A DNA stretch of 64,000 nt from an uncultured delta proteobacterium (lineage in GTDB: Bacteria; Myxococcota; Myxococcia; Myxococcales; Myxococcaceae): contig CAVZMH010000022.1 in the NCBI GenBank assembly GCA_963776345.1, positions 1-64,000 of the forward strand, written 5' to 3'. Under the pieces are notes generated by a model. That model ran no database searches. It saw nothing but the letters and a program-made list of their open reading frames with translations, and was not told the DNA's origin. The position numbers were made by a program, and so were the translations under genes. Position 1 is the stretch's first letter; every line of letters begins with the position of its first letter. This document shows, one piece after another, positions 52,165 to 61,470 of this stretch.

Positions 52165-54851
52165 ACTACCGGCGCGTGCTCTTCATCACCGGACTCGGAG
52201 AGGATGCCCGGGCAGCCGTGGCGCTGATCCGCCGCGTCGCTCCCGCTGCCGAGCTCCTGGTCGTCGTCGCCCGCCTGCCCGAGCGGCAGATCGCCTGGCT
52301 TGCCGACCAGGCCCCCGGCGAGCTGAACCAGGCCGCGCTCGCGGCGCTCGACGCCTTGCGCGCCTCGGCCGCCGGCGCGGCGGACCGGGTGGAGGTGAAG
52401 CTGGCGCCCGGGCTGGTCACCGAGGAGATGGTGGAGCTGGTGAAGGCGGCGGACATCGACCTGCTGGCCGCGGGCCCGTTGCCGCTGAGCGGCCTCGCGG
52501 TCCTCGCCGAGCTGCGAAAGCGCCATCCCCTCGCCGTGCTCTGGACCGCGGGCGCCGCGGCCATCGATCGCCCGGTGACGGAGCTGGTGTGCGTGGCGCT
52601 GGGCGAACGCGAGCGCGTCGGGATCGCTGCGTTCCTGCGCGCTCACGGGAGTCCGGCGCTGCACGCCAGCGTGCTGTTGCGCAAGCCTCGATCCCCCGGC
52701 CAGCTCGCCGAGGCGCTGGACCTGGCGGGCATCACGGCGAGGGTAGATCTCGTGACCCTCGCCGGAGGGTTGAGATCCTGGCTGGGCGGCGATTCGGGGC
52801 AGGCCCCCGTCGACCTGCTGGTGCTGGCGCGGTTTCCCGGCGCCCTGCTGCCCGTGGCTGCCTGGCCGGCCCCGCCCCTCATCCTGCCCCCGATGGCGAC
52901 GGCCCCGCCCACGCCGTGGCGCGCGCTCGACGTGCCCGATCTCGTGGAGGAAGCTGGCACCCTCCGGGTACGCGTCGACCATGCGTCCGGCGTGGGACGC
53001 CGCGATCCCATCCCCGACCAGCGGGTCGCCTTCATCTCCGGAGGCCGCGTGGTGGCGGTCGTCACCACCAGCCACGGCGAGGGCGAGCTGCCTGCCGGCC
53101 TCGGCGCCGTCTCCCTCGGCGTATGCCGGGTCGCGGAGAACATGGAACCCGATCCGCTCGCGGTCATCGAGGAGCAGGTCGCGGTCATCAGGCCCGGCTC
53201 CCGGCCGTTGCTGCTCTTCGACGCCGACCTCGCCGACGAGGAGCTGTTGCTCCTGGCCGGACTCCGGGCGGCGGAGGCTGCCGAGCTGCTCGCGGTCCGC
53301 CTTCGGGCCACCGAGAGCTGCAAGGCCATCCGCACCCGGTTGCTCGGCGCCGGGCTCCCCCCGGTCGTCGCCGATGCCAGCACGGTCCTGGACGAAGGAG
53401 AGGCCCTCGACGTGGCGAAGACGGTCGATCCCGTGCGTCTCGCGCGGGTGGGGGCGCGAATGCGCTGCGCCGGGTTTCCCGTCGTGGGCATCGTCCACGA
53501 TGGCTCGCACTCGCCGCGGACCATCGGGTTCACGGCGGTGACCGCGCTTGAAGCCGCCGCCAGGCGCTGGCGCCTCGACGCTCCCGTCGGCGGGAGCCGG
53601 TCCGTCGCCCTCCGCCTCGAGGCGACGACGGGCGCTTCACTCATCGGCGGCAACCGGGTCGAGCTCGAGCTCGACAACGCCACAGCCCGCCGCTGGCTGC
53701 TCGACGCCATCGCCGCCAGCCGCGAGCGATTCCACTTCCAGGTCTACATGGCAACGGACGACGACGTCGGCACCGCGGTCGAGGCTGCGCTGGCCGCGGC
53801 GGGCGCCCGGGGCGTCGCGGTGCGCGTGCTGGTCGATTCGCTGCACGGCCTTCACGGCTCGCTCGGTGCCCACAATCCGCTGCTCGACCGCCTCGGCAGC
53901 CGCCCCGGTGTCGAGGTCCGCGTGTCGCGGCCGCTCACGGGTGTGCCCTCGCTCGAGGACCTGAAGCAGCGGGACCATCGCAAGATGGCCATCGCCGACG
54001 GCGCCATCGGGCTGATGGGCGGGCGCAACCTCGCGCACGAGTACTACACCGGGTTCGAGGAGGTGCAGCTCACGCCCCTGTCGCCGTGGCGCGAGGTGCC
54101 GTGGCTCGACGCCGGCGCCCGGGTCGAGGGTCCGGCCGTCACCGCGCTGGAACACTCCTTCCTGGAGGCCTGGATCGAGGCGGGGGGGACGGCGTTCGAG
54201 ATCGCCGACCGGCCACCGGCCGGGGACACCAGGGTCCGTGTCGTCATCCACCATGGGCTGCAGGACGCGGCCACACTCGAGGCCTACCTCGCGCTCATCG
54301 AGACCGCGCAGTCACACGTCTACGTGGTCAACGGCTTCCCGCTGATCCTGGAGGTCCAGCACGCCCTGCTGCGCGCGCTCCGGCGGGGAGTCCGGGTGTG
54401 CACGCTCTTCGGCCACATGACGCCCACCCATGGTGGCAAGCCGTTCCAGGGCCCATGGGCCTGGGCGCGAACCGTCGCAACGCAGCTGGTGGATTCGCGC
54501 ATCGATGCGCTGCTCGCGGCTGGCGGCGAAGGCTATCGGCTCGCCGTCCCGCAGCAGCCCGGATGGCCGCCCGGCCTGGGTGTGGTGCGCCCCCATGTCC
54601 ACGCCAAGGTGATGAGCGCCGACGGGCGCGTCTGCGCGGTCGGCAGCGCCAACCTGGACATCACCGCCGGCTACTGGGAGAGCGAGCTCCTGCTCCTGGT
54701 GGAGGACGCCGCGATCACCGCCGCACTCGAGGCCCGCATCGAGGCGCTGATCGCCGGCTCGGACCGCGTCGATCGCAATGACCCGGCGTGGCAGGAGAGC
54801 GCCAGCCACCGCCAGTGGATGCGCCATTGGCCCGGCGTGCTGTCGGTCTGA
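52161..54851 (+). CDS. Phospholipase D-family protein with a long N-terminal USP-like/unknown region
   Basis: Starts MNYRRVL (USP-like). HKD motifs DHRKMAIAD+GGRN and VHAKVMSAD+GSAN in the C-terminal part. ATGA overlap with the phosphoesterase. Confidence 0.82.
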   Translation: MNYRRVLFITGLGEDARAAVALIRRVAPAAELLVVVARLPERQIAWLADQAPGELNQAALAALDALRASAAGAADRVEVKLAPGLVTEEMVELVKAADIDLLAAGPLPLSGLAVLAELRKRHPLAVLWTAGAAAIDRPVTELVCVALGERERVGIAAFLRAHGSPALHASVLLRKPRSPGQLAEALDLAGITARVDLVTLAGGLRSWLGGDSGQAPVDLLVLARFPGALLPVAAWPAPPLILPPMATAPPTPWRALDVPDLVEEAGTLRVRVDHASGVGRRDPIPDQRVAFISGGRVVAVVTTSHGEGELPAGLGAVSLGVCRVAENMEPDPLAVIEEQVAVIRPGSRPLLLFDADLADEELLLLAGLRAAEAAELLAVRLRATESCKAIRTRLLGAGLPPVVADASTVLDEGEALDVAKTVDPVRLARVGARMRCAGFPVVGIVHDGSHSPRTIGFTAVTALEAAARRWRLDAPVGGSRSVALRLEATTGASLIGGNRVELELDNATARRWLLDAIAASRERFHFQVYMATDDDVGTAVEAALAAAGARGVAVRVLVDSLHGLHGSLGAHNPLLDRLGSRPGVEVRVSRPLTGVPSLEDLKQRDHRKMAIADGAIGLMGGRNLAHEYYTGFEEVQLTPLSPWREVPWLDAGARVEGPAVTALEHSFLEAWIEAGGTAFEIADRPPAGDTRVRVVIHHGLQDAATLEAYLALIETAQSHVYVVNGFPLILEVQHALLRALRRGVRVCTLFGHMTPTHGGKPFQGPWAWARTVATQLVDSRIDALLAAGGEGYRLAVPQQPGWPPGLGVVRPHVHAKVMSADGRVCAVGSANLDITAGYWESELLLLVEDAAITAALEARIEALIAGSDRVDRNDPAWQESASHRQWMRHWPGVLSV

Positions 54852-54870
54852 CCGACCCCCAGAGGCAAGC

Positions 54871-55695
54871 GTGCTCGTCTTCGCCTACGACGGATCGCTG
54901 AACGGGGACTGGGTCGCGCACTACGCGGTCCGCTTCGCCGCCAACCGCAGCGAACGCAAGCTCCGCCTCGTGCACCTGTACGAGGAGTCACCCGAGCCGT
55001 ACCTGCACGAGCGCATCGCGCGCATCGCCAGGGAGTGCGAGCTATTCGGGGTCACGCTGGAGGTCGAGCTCTCCGCGCGTGGCAGCACCGACGTCGCCGA
55101 GCGACTGCTGTCGCTCGTTCCGCCCGGCGCCGTCCTGGTGGCCGGCACCCGCGCCCGACCCCGTGGCACCGCCTTTCTCGCCGGCACCGTCTCGGCGCGG
55201 ATGATCGAGGCCCGTCGCTGCCCGGTGATCGCCATCCGGGTCGTTCACCCTGGAGTGCTGGGCCGGCCGGGCAGCGTGCTCTTGCCCGTCGAGGCGCGGA
55301 GTCACGAGGTCAGGCATGCCCTTGCCCTTCTCCGACTCCTCGGTCCGGACCTGCACCGCCTCGACCTCCTGCTGGTCCGTGAGGTGTCTCGCCTGCGCCT
55401 GCGCTTCCTGAGCGACGAAGGCGCCAGTCGATTGCTCGGCGAAGGGAGGGCGTTCCTGGCTCCTCTCGAGGAGGAGCTGCGCCAGGGACTGGCCCCACAG
55501 CCCGTCGAGCTCGACTCGAGGGTGGTGGTCTCCGATGACGCTTCCAGGGAGATCCTCCTCTACGCCAGCAGGCACCGGTCGCGTCTCATCTGTCTCAGAG
55601 CGCCGGAGCGCCCCCTTGCGCCGCGCGGAGAGCCCGTCGAACGAATCCTGCGTGACACGCCCTCGGACGTGGCCGTCTACGGGAGGGTGGATTGA
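54871..55695 (+). CDS. Tandem universal stress protein
   Basis: VFAYDGS, LAGTVSARMIEARRCPVIAI, VERILRDTPSDVAVY. Confidence 0.82.
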   Translation: MLVFAYDGSLNGDWVAHYAVRFAANRSERKLRLVHLYEESPEPYLHERIARIARECELFGVTLEVELSARGSTDVAERLLSLVPPGAVLVAGTRARPRGTAFLAGTVSARMIEARRCPVIAIRVVHPGVLGRPGSVLLPVEARSHEVRHALALLRLLGPDLHRLDLLLVREVSRLRLRFLSDEGASRLLGEGRAFLAPLEEELRQGLAPQPVELDSRVVVSDDASREILLYASRHRSRLICLRAPERPLAPRGEPVERILRDTPSDVAVYGRVD

Positions 55696-58364
55696 CCCAG
55701 GGCCAGATCCACAACCTCGACGTCCCCGAGGTCTGGTCGCTGTTGCGCAGCCGCCGGGAGGGGCTCCGGCCGGAGGAGGTGGCGCAGCGGCTCGCGGAGA
55801 TCGGACCCAACACCCTCGGCCCGCCGCCGCGCTGGGGCTGGCTGCGCACGCTTCTCCAGCAGTTTGCCAACCTCTTCAGTGTGCTCCTCGATGTGTCGGC
55901 GGCGCTCTGCTTCGTGGCCGACCGAATGAGCCCTGGCCAAGGCATGGCCGTGCTCGGCTGGGCGCTCCTCGCCGTGGCGGTCCTCAACGCGCTCTTCACC
56001 TTCTCGCAGGCGCTCCGCGCCGAGCGCGCCATGGAGGCCCTGCGCAAGCTCTTGCCCCGGAGCATCACCGTGCGACGGGGCGGCGCCGAGGAGGAGGTGT
56101 CGATCGAGGAGCTGGTTCCTGGCGATGTGCTGCTGCTCTCGGAGGGCGACCGGGTGCCGGCGGATGCGCGCCTGGTGGAGAGCAGCGATCTCCTGGCAAA
56201 CAACGCCCCGCTGACCGGTGAGTCGCGGCACGCGAGGCTGGACGCAGGCCGCGTCGAGCAGGGGCGCATGGTCGACGCCCCGAACCTCGTCTTCACCGGC
56301 TGCTCGCTCCTGCGCGGCTCGGGTACCGCCGTGGTCTACGCCACGGGCCAGCGCACGGAGTTCGGCAGGATCGCCACGCTCAGCGTCCAGGTGCGCCGGC
56401 CGCCGACCCCCCTCGAGCGCGAGGTGTCCAGGATGGTGCGCATCCTGACCATCCTGGCGGTGGTGATGGGCGGCGCGTTCTTCGCCTACGGCCTCGCCAT
56501 CGGGCGGGGGATCTGGATCAACGTGGTCTTCATGGTGGGGATCATCGTGGCCAACGTGCCCGAGGGTCTCCTGCCCACCATGACCCTGGCGCTGGCCATG
56601 GGCGGCCTGCGTCTCGCCCGGAAGAAGGTGCTGGTGAAGAGCCTGAACGCGGTCGAGGCGCTGGGCTCGGTCGAGGTGATCTGCACCGACAAGACCGGAA
56701 CCTTGACCAAGAACCAGCTGGCAGTGACCGGCGTGGTCGACGCGTTCACCGGCGAGCCTCTCGAGGATCCAGCCCGGCGCACCCTGCTCGGGATCGCCGT
56801 GGCCGCGTCCGAGATCCATCAGCAGGCCGGCGCGCTCACTGGCGATCCGCTCGACGTCGCTGCCGCCGAGGCGCTGCGAGAGATGGGCGGCGATCCGCTG
56901 GTCCTGTCACGCGAGGTGGTTCGCCACATCGCCTTCGACGTGCAGCGGAGGCGTGCGGCGGGTGTGATCGCGAGCAGCGAGTCCCGACGCTTTGCGATCA
57001 AGGGAGCCTGGGAGGTCGTGCGTCCGCACGTGCGCGCCTCCCCCGAGGCGCTCGGCAGGGGGGACGAGACGGTGCGGCGGCTCGCGTCGGGAGGGCTGCG
57101 CATCATCGCCGTCGCGTCTCGTCGGCTGGAACCGGCAGAGGTGGGAGCGCCGGAAGCCACTCTGGAGCGAGATCTCGAGCTGCACGGCTTTCTATGCCTC
57201 TCCGACCCCCTGCGCGACGAGGTGCCCGCTGCGCTCGTGCGCTGCCACTCCGCCGGAATCCGGGTGATCCTCGTGACCGGCGACCACCCGGTCACCGCTC
57301 AGGCCGTCGCGGAGCACGCCGGCATCCTTGCGCCGGGCTCGCCGCCCCAGGCGGTGCTGACCGGGGATGCGCTCGAGTCGATGCGCGAAGCGGAGATCGT
57401 GGAGCGCCTGAACGACGGGGTGAGCGTGTTCGCCCGCACCACGCCCCTGCAGAAGCTGAAGATCGTCGACGCGCTCAAGCGAATGGGCCTGCTCGTCGCC
57501 ATGACCGGCGACGGGGTCAACGACGCACCGGCGCTGCGTGCGGCCGATGTGGGCATCGCCATGGGCGCGGCAGGGACGGACGTGGCGCGGGAGGCCGCCC
57601 AGATCGTCCTCCTCGACGACAACTTTGCGAGCATCGTGACGGGAGTGGAGGAGGGGCGCACGGTCTTCTCCAACATCCGCAAGTTCACCAGCTATGTGCT
57701 CGCCAGCAACGTGCCGGAGATGGTGCCGTTCCTGGCCTACGTGGTGCTTCCGGTGCCGCTGGCGCTCACGGTGGTGCAGATCCTCTCCATCGATCTCGGC
57801 ACCGACATGGTTCCGGCCATCGGGCTGGGGCAGGAGCTGCCCGACGGGGAAGCGATGAAGCGCCCTCCTCGCGGTCGCCGCGGGCGCCTTCTCGACGCGA
57901 AGCTGATCCTCAGAAGCTATCTGTTCCTGGGCGTCGTCGAGGCGGCGTGGGCAATGTTCATGTTCTTCTGCGTGCTCTGGGATGGGGGCTGGCGGTACGG
58001 GGCCGTTCTCTCCGTGACCGATCCCCTCTACCGCAGCGCCACCGGAATCACCTTCGCTTCGGTGGTCTTCGCGCAGATCGGGAACCTGATCGGACGCCGC
58101 TACGAGGAGCGCTCCGGGCTCGACTGGGGGCTCTTCCGGAATCCACTGTACGTGCTCGGCATCGCGCTCGAGCTGGTGTTCGTGTTCGGGGCGCTCTACT
58201 GGCCGCCGCTCCGCGCGGCGCTCGGGACGGGGCCGATCGAGCCCTGGTTCATCGGGCTGGCTGCGCTGGGTGCACCGGTGCTGTTTCTCGCCGACCTGAT
58301 GCGGAAGCGTCTCACCACGACCCGAGCCAGCGCCGGAGCGTCGCGTACACCTCGGCCCGGTTGA
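55692..58364 (+). CDS. Cation-transporting P-type ATPase, type IIC (Na,K/H,K)-like
   Basis: LTGES, GIIVANVPEGLL, ICTDKTGTLT, VTGDHPVTA, TGDGVND, LASNVPE, ILSIDLGTDMVPAI. Confidence 0.93.
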   Translation: MTQGQIHNLDVPEVWSLLRSRREGLRPEEVAQRLAEIGPNTLGPPPRWGWLRTLLQQFANLFSVLLDVSAALCFVADRMSPGQGMAVLGWALLAVAVLNALFTFSQALRAERAMEALRKLLPRSITVRRGGAEEEVSIEELVPGDVLLLSEGDRVPADARLVESSDLLANNAPLTGESRHARLDAGRVEQGRMVDAPNLVFTGCSLLRGSGTAVVYATGQRTEFGRIATLSVQVRRPPTPLEREVSRMVRILTILAVVMGGAFFAYGLAIGRGIWINVVFMVGIIVANVPEGLLPTMTLALAMGGLRLARKKVLVKSLNAVEALGSVEVICTDKTGTLTKNQLAVTGVVDAFTGEPLEDPARRTLLGIAVAASEIHQQAGALTGDPLDVAAAEALREMGGDPLVLSREVVRHIAFDVQRRRAAGVIASSESRRFAIKGAWEVVRPHVRASPEALGRGDETVRRLASGGLRIIAVASRRLEPAEVGAPEATLERDLELHGFLCLSDPLRDEVPAALVRCHSAGIRVILVTGDHPVTAQAVAEHAGILAPGSPPQAVLTGDALESMREAEIVERLNDGVSVFARTTPLQKLKIVDALKRMGLLVAMTGDGVNDAPALRAADVGIAMGAAGTDVAREAAQIVLLDDNFASIVTGVEEGRTVFSNIRKFTSYVLASNVPEMVPFLAYVVLPVPLALTVVQILSIDLGTDMVPAIGLGQELPDGEAMKRPPRGRRGRLLDAKLILRSYLFLGVVEAAWAMFMFFCVLWDGGWRYGAVLSVTDPLYRSATGITFASVVFAQIGNLIGRRYEERSGLDWGLFRNPLYVLGIALELVFVFGALYWPPLRAALGTGPIEPWFIGLAALGAPVLFLADLMRKRLTTTRASAGASRTPRPG

Positions 58365-59517
58365 GCAGCTCGAAGTGGCCCATCCCGAAGCCGATCCACT
58401 GGTGCGCCTCGGGGAACGCGAGGGTCAGCTCCGGCTTGCGGTGCCGGCCGAGCGCACTGTCCACCGAGACCAGGCCGTCGCCGGGGAGCTTGCTCCGGGC
58501 CTCGGGCGCCGTCGTCGCGGCGATGGCGTAGCACTCCACGCCGTCAGGCAGCTTCAGCTTCCTCCGGGGGTCCCCGGGGTGCGCGAAGCGCTCGCGGCCT
58601 TCCCAGTGCTCGTCCAGGACGAGGCCGAAGCGCATGTCGGTGACGCCGGCGCTGCGAATCTTTCCCAGGCGCGCCAGCGGGGCGCTGTACCGGCTCACGC
58701 CGAGCAGCAGCTCGATCCAGTTGCCGCCGCGCTCGAGCGGCGCGCCGTGGTGGGGCGAGCCGAGGCAGACCAGCTTGTCCAGCCTTGGCCGCCAACGGTG
58801 TGCCGCCGCCTCGGCGTAGTGGCAAGCGCTGCGCGCCACCAGCCCGCCCATGCTGTGGCCGAGGATCACCAGCTCGTCGATCGGCACGGGCCACTCGGCG
58901 ACGAGCTGTTCGAGCAGCGCCGCGAAGGCGCGCCCGTTGGTCGAGATGTGCAGGCCGCTGTTGTAGAGGAGGTAGACCGGCGTGTAGCCGAGGTCGCGGG
59001 CGAGCGCGGCGCCGTGGTCGTGACCCAGCCGGAGCCACTTCCGGTCGTTCAGACAGGAGCCGTGGAGGAGGAGGAGCAGCTTGCCGCCGGCCTGCGGAAG
59101 GAGCGCCTGCAGCGCCCGTCGCTCGAGCTCCAGCGGATGGCCGCCCTGGCGCAGCTGCATCTGGATCGCCAGCGGGTTTCCGGTCGCGCTCAGGTAGTCA
59201 CCGAGCACGCCGTTGAGCACGGCGAGCACGGCCTCCCGCTCGGGGCCGGCCGGGCCTTCGCCGGCGAGCGGCGCGAGCTTCGCGAGAGCGCGGTCGATGC
59301 TGGCCCCCACCAGCTTTGTCACCCCGCGGATGCTCCCGTAGACCGGGCGAGTGAGGACGCGGGTCGGGCGCTCGAGCGGCCGGCCGAGGATCGCGGGCCC
59401 GCCCCCGATGGTGAGGTGCATGGCCTCGACCAGATCGGTGACGCTCCGGGTCGCCTCGATCGCCAGACGACTCGCCCCGCGCAGATCGTCGAGGTGGTTA
59501 CGGATGCTCTTCGTCAC
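58312..59517 (-). CDS. PGAP1-like alpha/beta hydrolase
   Basis: LNGVLGDYL, LHG, YNSG, GHSMGG, LGSPHHGAPLE, GDGLV, GH. Confidence 0.88.
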   Translation of the reverse strand: MTKSIRNHLDDLRGASRLAIEATRSVTDLVEAMHLTIGGGPAILGRPLERPTRVLTRPVYGSIRGVTKLVGASIDRALAKLAPLAGEGPAGPEREAVLAVLNGVLGDYLSATGNPLAIQMQLRQGGHPLELERRALQALLPQAGGKLLLLLHGSCLNDRKWLRLGHDHGAALARDLGYTPVYLLYNSGLHISTNGRAFAALLEQLVAEWPVPIDELVILGHSMGGLVARSACHYAEAAAHRWRPRLDKLVCLGSPHHGAPLERGGNWIELLLGVSRYSAPLARLGKIRSAGVTDMRFGLVLDEHWEGRERFAHPGDPRRKLKLPDGVECYAIAATTAPEARSKLPGDGLVSVDSALGRHRKPELTLAFPEAHQWIGFGMGHFELLNRAEVYATLRRWLGSW

Positions 59518-59650
59518 TACGTCGCTTCCTCGCTTGGACTGGCGGCGTCGGTTTCACCGTCGCCCTCCGATGAGCGACATCTACCAGCATCTCGCGCCCG
59601 AGTGGACGAGGAAGAGGGCCGGGTGGGAGAGGCCGGCCTCGAGGCGCGTC

Positions 59651-60676
59651 TCACTCCTCGTCCCTGACCGGTTCGAGGGGCCGCGTCACGATCTGCCAGA
59701 GCTTCAACTTCGCCAGGAAGTCGGGCGACGCGGGATCGGGAAGATCCGGCGGCGGCTCCCTCCTGGAGAAGACGATGGCCGTCTTGCCGAGCAGTTCGTC
59801 CTTGAAGATCGCCACCACCTTCGTGGGGATCCTTCCCATGAGATACGGCTGGTCCTCGAGCACGACGTAGCGCACCTCGGAGACGCCCTCGTCTCCTTCG
59901 ATTGCCGTCCAGACGTTCATACTCACGTCGACCCGCGTGGCCCCGGCGGCAGAGACCTTCTCCATCATCTCCCGCATCTTCTGGGGGTCGGTCTGGGCGA
60001 GTCGCATCATCTCCATGGGATCGATGCTTGTCGCGGCCTTTGCCGCCTGCTCGAGCTCGTCCTTGGTCACCGCCTTCCTTCCGCCCTTCGCGTATGCCGC
60101 CACCACCTTCGCGGGTGCGTCCGCCGACAGGAACCAGGTCCGGTGCGGCCCGCTCGCGAACCACACCGTCTCCGCTCCCGGATAGGCGGTCAGGTCCGGA
60201 GGCAGCTCGTCCTCCCGGTAATCGAGCGCCGCCGCGAAGGCCGACGTCTTCCCTCGATAGGTGCGCTGGAGCATCCGGGAGTATTGCTCACCGGAGAGCT
60301 GGCCGACCGCGCCGATTGCGACCCGCCGCTCCGCTGGGAAGCGGCTCTTCATCGCCGCGACGACCACAGGCTCGTCCTCCTTGGCAAGGCCCTTGCGGAC
60401 GAGCCTCTCGAGCGCCGCGACACGAAGACCGGGTGTCACCGCGTTCGCCGCGACGTTGCGCAGCATCGCCGGATCGAGCTTGAGCCCGGCCTGCTCGAGG
60501 ATCATGAAATCGTAGATGAGGACTGCCTCGGCCTCCCGACGCAGGACCTGACAGGCAGCGGTCTCTTTTCCGGCGCAATCCGATGCGTAGCGCTTCACGG
60601 CGTCGCGTGGGATCGGCTGCGGATGAAAGGCGAGAGGCTGCGTGGCGAGGAAAAGGGCGACGACGAGCTCGATCAT
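59651..60676 (-). CDS. Hypothetical exported protein with HEAT-like helices
   Basis: From MIELVVALFLATQPLA; RVAALERL...RRVAIGAVGQL. ATGA overlap with the upstream gene. Confidence 0.65.
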   Translation of the reverse strand: MIELVVALFLATQPLAFHPQPIPRDAVKRYASDCAGKETAACQVLRREAEAVLIYDFMILEQAGLKLDPAMLRNVAANAVTPGLRVAALERLVRKGLAKEDEPVVVAAMKSRFPAERRVAIGAVGQLSGEQYSRMLQRTYRGKTSAFAAALDYREDELPPDLTAYPGAETVWFASGPHRTWFLSADAPAKVVAAYAKGGRKAVTKDELEQAAKAATSIDPMEMMRLAQTDPQKMREMMEKVSAAGATRVDVSMNVWTAIEGDEGVSEVRYVVLEDQPYLMGRIPTKVVAIFKDELLGKTAIVFSRREPPPDLPDPASPDFLAKLKLWQIVTRPLEPVRDEE

Positions 60677-61470
60677 TTGCCGCTCCTGAAGATCGAGGGG
60701 ATTGCCTCGATGTCTTTCTTCGCCTGCTCGATCTCTTCCTTGGTAGGGGGAGGTGCAAGGTTGTCGCGCGAGCAGGTTTCGAGGCCGCACCCCTTCTGCT
60801 TGGCGAGCCGCAGCATCTCCTTCTCTAGCGCTGCGATCCCGGCCTTGTAGGCGCGGACCTCGTCGGCGGCACGGAGCCCCTTGTTCTTCTGGGTGAGCGA
60901 CTTGTCGCTGATGTCCGGGTCCTCCCAAGCCTTCTTGCAGGATTCGTGGTGCGACAGCTCGTGTGCGAGGAGTGACTTGTAGAGAGCGGCGCAGACCTTC
61001 GACTCGAGCCCCTTGGTGTCGATCTTGCAGTCGTTCGTCGACCAGTCCGTGGTCATCGCCTCGCCTTCCACCGGATCGGTGTGTCTTTCCACCTTCTCCA
61101 ACGCGTCATTCGGTTTCCGCTCCCCTTTCTTCTCTCGCTCGGGCGAGTACAACCAGCGCAGGCAGTGAAGGGGCGGTCCACCGCGCTCCTTCGCGTCGCG
61201 CTTGCCCCATTCCTTGGTGAGGTCCTTCACCTGGCTGTCGAGGGCGATTGCGCTCTTCACGACCGGAGCGAGGTTCTCGAAGAGCCACCCATAGCGCTCG
61301 TGGTCGACGATCAGGGTGGCGAACATGCAGGTGTACTCGCAGCCATCGCACTTGGGCGCGTTCGGGGAGGAAGGAGGAGCCGGGTTTGGTGGTTTCTTCG
61401 CCGGTTTCGCGGCGAGCGCCGTCAGGGCGCCGAGCAACGACAAGCCAACCACGAGCGAAGCGAGTCTCAT
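60673..61470 (-). CDS. Secreted Cys-rich protein with an HExxH metallopeptidase-like motif
   Basis: Signal peptide, Pro/Ser linker, multiple Cys, LAHELSH and downstream DEVRAY. Confidence 0.65.
   Translation of the reverse strand: MRLASLVVGLSLLGALTALAAKPAKKPPNPAPPSSPNAPKCDGCEYTCMFATLIVDHERYGWLFENLAPVVKSAIALDSQVKDLTKEWGKRDAKERGGPPLHCLRWLYSPEREKKGERKPNDALEKVERHTDPVEGEAMTTDWSTNDCKIDTKGLESKVCAALYKSLLAHELSHHESCKKAWEDPDISDKSLTQKNKGLRAADEVRAYKAGIAALEKEMLRLAKQKGCGLETCSRDNLAPPPTKEEIEQAKKDIEAIPSIFRSGK

Noticed and set aside
51241..54851. Phosphoesterase plus PLD as an anti-phage defence system
   Set aside because: The PLD has two HKD motifs of the cardiolipin-synthase type rather than a single nuclease-type domain, and no helicase, NTPase or cyclase partner is present
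58312..58364. 53 bp convergent 3' overlap between the ATPase and the hydrolase
   Set aside because: Common in GC-rich genomes with few stop codons; nothing indicates a regulatory role
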